From Macrostomum lignano (Eukaryota), in assembly GCA_002269645.1 (NCBI GenBank), contig NIVC01000365.1, positions 186,001 to 250,000 on the forward strand: 64,000 bases of DNA, read 5' to 3'. Shown here one piece after another: positions 1 through 19,899 of the stretch. A program made the translations under genes and the position numbers. Positions within the stretch are counted from its first letter, which is position 1. The number at the start of each line of letters is the position of its first letter. The notes below the pieces were generated by a model. That model had not been told where the DNA came from and did no database searches. It was given only the letters and a program-made list of their open reading frames with translations.

Positions 1-419
1 AATATTTTTTCAATTTTTTAACATTAATAACTATGGCTATAGGAATCTATGGAATGTGACAACAACTACCATATTTCTGTAGTCGTAGCCATAAGAACAG
101 CTAGCTACCATAGGCATATCCATAGCTGCCATAGGCACCTATTTTATCATATTTGCCATAGGATCCCATAGCCATAGCTACGGCTATGGTGGAACACAAA
201 CTTCTGCCATTGGTTGCATAGCACCTAGATGCTACTGGTGTAGAACTTTGCCAGCTGGTCCTCTAGCTATTGGTTGGCAAGGCTGATGACTTATTTATTA
301 GACTTGAAATGATATGAACAAAATAGCTATTTGAGCTAACAAAATAAATAGATAGAAATCAGAAGGTGCTAGGTCAGGTTAGGGGTTAATGAAAAGGGCA
401 GCAATGCCTACTTACTATA

Positions 420-1130
420 TCTAGATGCACAGAGCCCCTTGCAATTAAGTCAAAGTAAGAAAATGCCAGATCTAGTGATTAGGCAAGATAGGGAAGGATT
501 TTGAACCCTACAATATTAGTAGAATTCACTACAACCTAGGCAGTATAAGCTAGGGCATTGTTATGAAACAACAAGAGGCTAGTACTCAGCTTCCCTTACC
601 TCTTCTAGACAACTGCCTGATGAAGCTAGCTTAGCTATTTAGCAAAGTAGATACCAAAGATAGGTATTTAGCTAGTAGGATCCTTTGATAGTAATTGAAA
701 AAAAACAGCCCAGGATCTTGATAGCTAAATTTGCTTGCTTAAACTTATGGAGGCCCTTTCCCTAGGGCACTACCACTCTATGGAATCTTGCTTAGACTTA
801 AGGTCATAGTGGTAGGTAGATCTAGTACTTATCCTTAGTTATATTTCCTTTTTTAAATCCATCTGAATTCTCATTGTAGAGGTCAAGCATAAGCCAACAT
901 GAGCTAAGTTGGTTTTGCTTGTGGTCCTATGAAAGCATTCAGGGTACCCATCAGGCATTGATCTTGTTATACCTTAGGATTTGGTATTGGAGCTCTTTTT
1001 TTGACCTAGCTTAGCTAGGTGACCTAACTAGCTAAGCTAGAAATTTTGGCAACTCAAATTGAACAAACTTTATCAAACAACTTGGCTACTGCCTCAACTT
1101 TCAAGGTTCACCCTACCATACAAATGTGTT
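420..1130 (-). mobile_element. Degenerate mariner (Tc1/mariner, DD34D-type) transposase relic, copy 1
   Basis: Minus-strand translation gives A*WVP*MLS*DHKQNQ (WVP at 950-942), ITKDKY*IY (~TGDETW, ~840-820), QRILLAKYL (~GILLxEYL), LFHNNALAYTA (~HDNAxxHTA, ~570-540) and LPYLA*SLDLA (~LPHPxYSPDLA, ~495-465). The motifs are in mariner order, with many stops and frameshifts. Confidence 0.85.
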
Positions 1131-1490
1131 GTAATGTTGCTTGATAGTATGCAGAGAAATACAAGTTATAGGGTATAACCATAGGCATATCCATAGCTGC
1201 CATAGGCACCTATTTTATCATATTTGCCATAGGATCCCATAGCCATAGCTACGGCTATGGTGGAACACAAACTTCTGCCATTGGTTGCATAGCACCTAGA
1301 TGCTACTGGTGTAGAACTTTGCCAGCTGGTCCTCTAGCTATTGGTTGGCAAGGCTGATGACTTATTTATTAGACTTGAAATGATATGAACAAAATAGCTA
1401 TTTGAGCTAACAAAATAAATAGATAGAAATCAGAAGGTGCTAGGTCAGGTTAGGGGTTAATGAAAAGGGCAGCAATGCCTACTTACTATA

Positions 1491-2201
1491 TCTAGATGCA
1501 CAGAGCCCCTTGCAATTAAGTCAAAGTAAGAAAATGCCAGATCTAGTGATTAGGCAAGATAGGGAAGGATTTTGAACCCTACAATATTAGTAGAATTCAC
1601 TACAACCTAGGCAGTATAAGCTAGGGCATTGTTATGAAACAACAAGAGGCTAGTACTCAGCTTCCCTTACCTCTTCTAGACAACTGCCTGATGAAGCTAG
1701 CTTAGCTATTTAGCAAAGTAGATACCAAAGATAGGTATTTAGCTAGTAGGATCCTTTGATAGTAATTGAAAAAAAACAGCCCAGGATCTTGATAGCTAAA
1801 TTTGCTTGCTTAAACTTATGGAGGCCCTTTCCCTAGGGCACTACCACTCTATGGAATCTTGCTTAGACTTAAGGTCATAGTGGTAGGTAGATCTAGTACT
1901 TATCCTTAGTTATATTTCCTTTTTTAAATCCATCTGAATTCTCATTGTAGAGGTCAAGCATAAGCCAACATGAGCTAAGTTGGTTTTGCTTGTGGTCCTA
2001 TGAAAGCATTCAGGGTACCCATCAGGCATTGATCTTGTTATACCTTAGGATTTGGTATTGGAGCTCTTTTTTTGACCTAGCTTAGCTAGGTGACCTAACT
2101 AGCTAAGCTAGAAATTTTGGCAACTCAAATTGAACAAACTTTATCAAACAACTTGGCTACTGCCTCAACTTTCAAGGTTCACCCTACCATACAAATGTGT
2201 T
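1491..2201 (-). mobile_element. Degenerate mariner transposase relic, copy 2
   Basis: Same sequence as copy 1, shifted by 1071 bp. Confidence 0.85.
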
Positions 2202-3404
2202 GTAATGTTGCTTGATAGTATGCAGAGAAATACAAGTTATAGGGTATATAGACTATCTCCTCTTCAATTGCTGCTGACTTTAGCCCTTTCAGGGTGAAAA
2301 ATTTAATGAGGGCTTGGTATTCTTACTTGTCCATTTGTTGAAAATCCAGAGGTTGCTTAGAATTTGTGCAGAAAAAAATATATTGAAAAAACATAAAAAG
2401 AAAACACTATGTACTATATATTTCATATAAAAGTACTTTTCAATACCAAAAAATATTCACAAAAAAGCTTTTGAAATGGCTAAATGGCAAAACTTTTGAA
2501 ACAACTTTGTAAGTTTCTTTTCGACTAAGTCATTTGTCTTTCCATAAGTTAAACAAATACAATTAAAAACAAATTAAAGATATTGTTATACCTTTTACCA
2601 TTATAGAATTTTTGCACAATAAAGTTTTCAATGCATTTTGACTTGTATTTGTAAAAATTTGTTGGAAGTTACAATCAATAGAAATATGCACTATTATATG
2701 TATACCAAAAGGATTGTATATCCTTTGTTTTTTTTAAAAGTGTCAAAGTAGTTCAGAAACGAATCATTCAAATGTTGTTTGAAATTTCTTATTAGCAACT
2801 AGCAACAAAGATTCTATGCTAAGACTTTTAAATATTATGTATTAATATAACCTTTTTTTAACAATTACACAATGATCATACAGATGATTCTATTTATTCT
2901 AATCTTTCATTTATGTAAAACCTCTAATATTTTACCTGCTAATTTTACCTGTTTTAAGATAACTTAAAACATATTAACAAAATAAAAACTTCTTATTTGT
3001 CAAACTTTGTCAAAAATATATTATTATAAAAAATTAATCAATTTTGCAACTGGTTATATCTTTGCCATAGCTTATGCTGACCAGAATAGCAATGACAAGG
3101 TTAGCTAGTAATTGTAGTTATGTATGTATATAAAAGTTTGATTAAAATAAAATACCTTGCTTTGTCTAGGCCAATCAAATTTTTTCCTCAACACTAGATT
3201 TTTTTGCTGAAAAATGGTGACAATTTTCCAGCTAGGTCCAAGATTAAGAAAGTTTTAATTAGAAAATTTAATCAAATTTTATTTTTGCTAAGTTGTTAAT
3301 GCTGCTGACAAGCATCCAATACTAGTATGAAGTAAAAATGCTACTTGTGGTGTTGCAATCACTATTCAAAATATCAACCCTTAGCAACCCAGATGCCTTA
3401 ACAA

Positions 3405-3685
3405 CAAGTACTCAAGCCTTAGCAACCAATGAAATCAGCCACCTTGGCAACCAGTACTCAAGCCTTAGCTACCAATGAAATTAGCCACCTTGGCATCCAG
3501 TACTCAAGCCTTAGCAACCGATAAAATCGGCCACCTTGGCAACCCGTAATCAAGCCTTAGCAACCAATGAAATCAGCCTCTTTGGCAGTCAGTACTCAAG
3601 CATTAGCAACCAATGAAATCAGCCACCTTGGCAACCAGTACTCAAGCCTTAGCAACCAATGAAATCAGCCACCTTGGCAACCAAT
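3405..3685. repeat. 46-nt minisatellite (CAGTACTCAAGCCTTAGCAACCAATGAAATCAGCCACCTTGGCAAC), ~6 copies
   Basis: Period 46 (AGTACTC at 3407 and 3453); ends just before the acceptor at 3696-3697. Confidence 0.9.
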
Positions 3686-3697
3686 CACCCCACCCAG

Positions 3698-13124
<9,427 letters not shown>

Positions 13125-13135
13125 AAACCGATTTG

Positions 13136-13530
13136 AAAACTCGCTGGTTGCCTACCGTTAGTAGAGTAAAGAGGACACAGAATTATTTAATTTGAGAACT
13201 CGCTTGCTGCCTACTGTTAGTAGAGTGATGAAGAGGACATGGAATTATTTAACTTGAAAACTCGCTGGTTGCCTACTGTTAGTAGAGTGATGAAGAGGAC
13301 ATGGAATTATTTAATTTAAAAACTCGCTGGTTGCCTACTGTTAGTAGAGTGATAAAGAGGACATGGAATTATTTAATTTAAAAACTCGCTGGTTGCCTAT
13401 TGATAGTAGAGTGAGGAGGATGCGGAATTATTTTATTTAAAAACTCACTGGTTGCCTACTGATAGTAGGGTGAAGAGGATGCGGAATTATTTAATTTAAA
13501 GACTCACGGGTTGCCTACTGATAGTAGGGT
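13136..13530. repeat. ~60-nt tandem repeat in the NHE 3' UTR, ~7 copies
   Basis: AACTCGCTGGTTGCCTACTGTTAGTAGAGTGA..GAGGACATGGAATTATTTAATTT is repeated directly after the stop codon. Confidence 0.9.
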
Positions 13531-13995
13531 AAAAAAGAGTTTTCACATCTTTTAAAAATTACGTTTTTTGATTTAATTTTTTTGCTTTCAGCTTTCGAGT
13601 GTATTCAGTATATATACATATATTAAATATTAATATGATTATGACATTCTTCACTTGCCAATCATTTGCTCGAATGCTTAATTACGATTCAATGAGCAAT
13701 GAGCCGGCTCTACTAAATTTGTCTGGTAATTTTTTTCCTTTGCTCTTTTTGCAAGCAAATTGCTTCCCTATTGCAGTTTTTTACGTTTAATTTCTTTGCC
13801 TTTCGACTTTGGAATCTGTTTACTCTGATAGGCTAAATCAGCGCTGTACATGTTGGACTGCCCGCTCTCACTAATCTAGTCTGTGCTGATTCATACCAAC
13901 CTTTTTCATCAAATCTCCAACGGCATCTCATGCTGTCCACTGGCGCGATTTTGTTTCTGATAGCTGTGGGCGTAATCTATTATTATGCTTGTATT

Positions 13996-14710
<715 letters not shown>

Positions 14711-15371
14711 GCTAGCTAGCAAGTCTCTGCTAGCAAGTCTTCAGTCGGCATTATGGAAGCAGTTTGCCGGCTTACTCAAGCTTGGACTCGCAGTTACACA
14801 GATCTTATCGCTTCCTTGTATTTTGAGTTTTTGGCCAGTCCATCACTGCGTAAGCCTTCATTGCTCAGCTCAGTATAATTAATTCTCTTCTATCTATTTA
14901 TATTCGAAGTATATTTTTATCCCGAGTTTTCATTTATTCGAACTGGTTTATCGCAGCTTATATCTGTCCGAATAGTTGATTGATAGAAATTGAAAAATTT
15001 CAATAATAATAATAATAATAATAATAATGACACCGAACTTCGGTTTGTCCTGTTAACCGATATTATACGGGACGGGAAATTGTTAGTTATCGATTATTAG
15101 AGCTGGATCGCTGACTTTATTGCTTAATTTTCTGTTTTTAATAAGAACCAGACTAATGTTTTTAGTTAGCTCATGTTGAGTAGGTTTTGGTTGTCAAGAT
15201 AGCAAACTGCTGTAATTGAATAAGTAGAGACTTGTAACTTAGTCTTCGGAACTTCCGATAGTGCATTTGTACTTTACAAAGTTAACCTGCACGAAAATTA
15301 CTAATAGATGTTTGAACTTTTTATAAGATAATTTTTGCATTAAAAATGTTTTCTATCGTAAGATTTTTCCA

Positions 15372-15517
15372 CTACGAGAGTACTTCTTAAGGGCGCGAGT
15401 ACTTTCGAAGTACGCGAGTACTTTTTAAGTGCGCGCCTACTTTCAAGTGCGCGAGTACTTTTTAAGTGCGCGCATACTTTCAAGTGTGCGAGTAATTTTT
15501 AAGTACGCGAGTACTTT
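15372..15517. repeat. ~19-nt CG-rich repeat GCGCGAGTACTTTTTAAGT upstream of the periphilin-like gene
   Basis: ~7 degenerate copies. Confidence 0.8.
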
Positions 15518-15633
15518 TGTTTAATGCACACAAACTTAAGAGAAGCAGCTTATAATAACGGTATCAGTGTACTTTTATTGATTGCTGCAAACCACCCCAT
15601 GCCCGTGCCAGAGGCAGCCAGCAGCCATTGGCC

Positions 15634-17199
15634 ATGAACGACGCCGTAGACCCGGCGCTGGTCGCGCCGTCCCGTCACTGCCTGTACATCCGGGGCCTGC
15701 CGTCGCGCATCAAAGCCGACGAAGTTCGTCGCTACTTTATCGACAAAGAGGCCGACTGTTCCATCGATTTTTTCTCCTACACGGGCAGCCAGGCTGCGCT
15801 GAACATCGCCCTGCGATTCGATTCTCACGAAGTTGCCAAGCAGATCATGCGCCGGTACAATGAGTCCGGCCTGCTCGGCTGCAAAGTCAGCATAGTCTGG
15901 TTCAAGGACATGATCCGCGCCCGGCAGCGCGTCCGGGCCGACCCGCAGCTGAGGGCTCGAGTTCAGCGGGCGCAGGAGGGCCGCGGACTATCCGGTTCCC
16001 GGTCGCCGCCGCCCGCGCCTGGCTGGCGATTCGGACAGCAGGTGCGCGCCGACTCCAGCTTGGGGCCTCAGCCACCCTTGCCTCTTGTATTGTCTCACCT
16101 GTCTCTGCCTGTCCCTCACCTGTCTTTTGCCTGTCCCTCACCTGTCTCTTGCCTGTCCCTCACCTGTCTCTTGCCTGTCCCTCACCTGTCTCTTGCCTGT
16201 CCCTCACCTGTCTCTTGCCTGTCCCTCACCTGTCTCTTGCCTGTCCCTCACCTGTCTTTTGCCTGTCCCTTGCCTGTCCCTTGCCTATTCCTTGCCTGTC
16301 TTTTGCCTGTCCCTCACCTGTCTCTTGCCTATCTCTCCCCTGTCCTTCACTCGTCTCTCACCTGTTCCTCATTTTCCTTATAATACAATTGAGCAGTGAC
16401 CTCAGTCCCTCCCTGTTGTCATTCTCCTATCTACAGCTGCACTACACGCGCCCACTGCAAAGTAATCCAGTGCCTCGTGTACCTCTATCCAACAAGACTC
16501 TCACATGCCTTCCGATCCCCCTCACCCGCTAAGCAGAACCGCAGTCGGTCTGGCAGCCAGCGCCGCCGCAGTCGCAGCCGCAGCCCGACCAGCCGCAGCC
16601 GCAGCCCCAGCAGGAGCAGCAGCACTCGAAGCGCCGCCTGTCGGGGCCCGCGCAGCCCGCCAGAGGAGGACGAGGAAGCCGCGGCGACGTCAGCATCAGC
16701 GGCAAACAACGGCATCGACAATTCGAATGGCGGCGTCGAGACCCGGCGGCTGGGACCGAGGTCCCCGCCATCGCCGCCGCCCGTGTCTTCTCCGCCGCCT
16801 CCGCCTCCACCGCCGCCGCCGCCGCCAACAACATCGGCTCGGCCTTCGACATCGTCCTTGGCAACGCCGCTTCAGCCGCCGTCGTTGCCGCAGATGTCGC
16901 AGCCGCCGTTTTGCGACGCCGACAATCACGGCGTTAGCGCCGATGCCGGCGACGGCATCCTGCGTCTGGTGCGCGCCAAGAAGGCCGAATTGGAGCGAGC
17001 CTACAGGCAGGACTGCGACACCTTCGCTGTGGTGGCCAAAGTGCTGGTTAGCAAGAATTCCAGCTTGGAAGGCCCGGTGCGCGACGCTCTGCGCGAAGCT
17101 CTGCGCGACATTGGGCAGCACTGCGTGGAGGAGTTGCGCGAGTTCGCCCGCACTCTGGCCATCGCTCAGCAGCAGCGCCAGCCGGCTGGCCAGCGATGA
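15634..17199 (+). CDS. PPHLN1: RRM + RS-rich + periphilin C-terminal-domain protein (~356 aa)
   Basis: Exon 1 15634-16041 contains RRM-like LYIRGLP...LRFDSHEVAKQIMRRYN..LLGCKVSIVW. Exon 2 is 16534/16537-17199 (NAGNAG acceptor) with SRSRS repeats, polyPro and KKAELERAYRQDCDTFAVVAKVLVSKNSSLEGPVRDALREALRDIGQHCVEELREF. This matches the periphilin C-terminus as I recall it (EIEQVYRQDCETFGMVVKMLIEKDPSLE...LHEIGERCVEELKHF). Confidence 0.85.
16097..16370. repeat. 22-nt minisatellite CCTGTCCCTCACCTGTCTCTTG in the periphilin intron
   Basis: Direct tandem copies. Confidence 0.9.
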
Positions 17200-18127
17200 C
17201 CTTGGCCGGAGTCCTTCCGTTATCTAAAATGCGATTATGTCATTTGTGACTAAATTTATCAAGTTTTATCAGCAATACCCTGATATTTCTACTGACTCAG
17301 TAGTCAACTGAGGATTTTTTGTCGGTTTTTTCGTAGTTTTTTTCTGTACAGCTCGGCTAATTACAATCAAGATTCATTCGTTTTTACATAATTTTGTAAC
17401 CCGCCTAAAGCTAGCGGCCACAGAAGCACTTGCTGGCCTTTTTAACATCGGCAGTTTTTACTACTCAACTTGTCAACCTGTCGTTATTTGTGTTTCTATA
17501 GCTCTGTTTCATTCATATTCATTGCCCGAGTCCGAAAAACTGTGACAGCTGTGACCTGAATTCAAATCGGTGCGAGTTCATTCCAGCTACTGTTAGTAGC
17601 ATGGGCTTGAAATTCTACATTCCCATCGTTATTAGGTGACATCACGCACTAATGACCCACCCAATCACCCCCCCCCCTAATATCCGACCCAATCATCCAC
17701 TCCAAACCCACCCATTGACCCACTAATAATCCACCCAATGACCCACTGATAACCCACCCAATGACCCACTAATAACCCACCCAATGACCCACTAATTACC
17801 CAGCCAATCATTCCACTCAAAACCCACCCAATGACCCACCTAATGACCCAACCGCAACCCTGATTTGTAAAAAATTTCCAATTTTTTGCATATAAACAAT
17901 AATGAATCATTATCGTTGTTAATCTTTCGCGATAAAAATAATGAATTCTGTTGTATCTCCATACTGTTTTTGTTTTGCTGTGTGATGTTTTTCTGATTTT
18001 GCTTTTTTTAGTACAATGCTTCTTATTCCTGCGTGTTGTTTTCTCTGCCAAGGTGCGCGCATATTGCTTGATTCTCGGGCCTCAGCGGCTCCTCAGCACA
18101 AGGCAACGCTTAATAAATTAAGCGTTG

Positions 18128-18520
18128 ACACCCATCTCTGACTCCCATCTCTGACACCCATCTCTGACACCCATCTCTGACACCCATCTCTGACACCCAT
18201 CTCTGACACCCATCTCTGACTCCCATCTCTGACTCCCATCTCTGACACCCGTACCCAACCCTCAGCTCAAGCAGCAGTGACAAACACCCGTGCCTAAAAT
18301 TCCTGTTTCCAATCTGTTTCACTCATTCACTCATTCACTCATTCACTCATTCATTCACTCATTCACTCATTCACTCATTCACCCACTCATTCACCCATTT
18401 ACTCATTCGCTCATTCACTCATTCACTCATTCACCCATTCACCCATTCACTCATTCACCCATTCACTCATTCACTCATTCACTCATTCACCCATTTACTC
18501 ATTCACTCATTCGCTCATTC
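18128..18520. repeat. 13-nt ACCCATCTCTGAC array (18128-18250) and (ATTCACTC)n array (18318-18520)
   Basis: Direct observation. Confidence 0.9.
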
Positions 18521-19164
18521 ACGGTGCTGGCTGCGGCCCGAAGCCAGCTCAGTGGCCGGCAGAGAATTTTCATATCTAACAATAATTCCTGATCCTAAGC
18601 GTTGTTGAATTAATAATGCCAAAAATTTTATCGTCTACAATTTTTTTATTATACTACTGACAAGCCACTGTTGTGCCAATAGTCAGTGAATTGAAACTGT
18701 TGTTTTATAATCAAACTTAACTTTTATAGTGTTCTGTACTTTCGTTGTTACATTCTTAGAGTGTCGCTATTAGTGTAGATATTAGCTGCCTGAGCTGAGC
18801 CCGTCTTGCACTGTTTCAAAAATCGTTTTTTGCTGGTTTTTCTGTTTTTGCTCTTCTTTTGTCTGGTTTTTTCCGGACACGCCTGTACGAGTTTTTCGTG
18901 TTACTGCTGTTTTTGGTACTTCAAATCATATTTAACCGCATTGGCAATTGAATTAGTTTTTGTGTGACAGCAGTATCTTGACTATTAAACTGTTTCATTT
19001 TAAACTTGCCTCCAAGTTCTTCAGTTTGAGGCTTTTTTTGGTGTAAAATGTTTGTTTGGCTTCTTTGTTGCTGGGTTGGTTGCTAGGCTAGCAACTATGT
19101 TGCTCGGATGGTTGTTAGTCTCACTTGTATATCTTGTATTTTAGCTTATCTTTTGTATCTAAAG

Positions 19165-19830
19165 CTGATGCTATGCGGTATCTAGGCTGTTGCTAGGCGG
19201 TATCTAGGCTGTTGCCAGGGCATATCTAAGGTGTTACTAGGCTGTTGCTAGGCAAGATCTTGGCTGTTGCTAGAAGGTATCTAGTCTGATGCCAGGCGGT
19301 ATCTCAGGCTGTTGCTAGGCGGTATCTAGTCTGATGCCAGGCATCTCAGGCTGTTGCTAGGCGGTATCTAGTCTGATGCCAGGCATCTCAGGCTGTTGCT
19401 AGGCGGTATCTAGTCTGATGCCAGGCATCTCAGGCTGTTGCTAGGCGGTATCTAGTCTGATGCCAGGCATCTCAGGCGCTACTAGGCTGTTGCTAGGCGG
19501 TATCTAGTCTGATGCCAGGCGATATCTCAGGCGGTATCTAGTCTGATGCCAGGCGGTATCTCAGGCGGTATCTAGTCTGATGCCAGGCGGTATCTCAGGC
19601 GGTATCTAGTCTGATGCCAGGCGATATCTCAGGCGGTATCTAGTCTGATGCCAGGCGGTATCTCAGGCGGTATCTAGTCTGATGCCAGGCGGTATCTCAG
19701 GCGGTATCTAGTCTGATGCCAGGCGGTATCTCAGGCGCTACTAGGCTGTTGCTAGGTGGTATCTAGGCTGTTGCTAGGCGATGTCTTAGGCGGTTGCTAG
19801 GCTGCATCTAGGGCGTTACTAGGCTGATTC
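19165..19830. repeat. Modular satellite built from ~11-nt blocks (GGCTGTTGCTA, GGCGGTATCTA, GTCTGATGCCA)
   Basis: Blocks recur in shuffled order up to just before the ZnT6 acceptor. Confidence 0.88.
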
Positions 19831-19899
19831 TAAACTATAATTTTGTTTCTACTCCATTTTACTCCAATCGTTCCGTTGTTATGCCGTTGTTATGCGCAG

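Larger units (their letters stand above)
107..2248. repeat. Head-to-tail tandem duplication of a 1071-bp unit (107-1177, 1178-2248)
   Basis: ACCATAGGCATATC starts at 107 and 1178; AGTTATAGGGTATA ends at 1177 and 2248; the copies look identical by eye. Confidence 0.95.

Noticed and set aside
2249-3400. Search for mariner terminal inverted repeats and for the missing NHE N-terminal exon
   Set aside because: Neither could be recognised; the sequence is too AT-degenerate to support a call.
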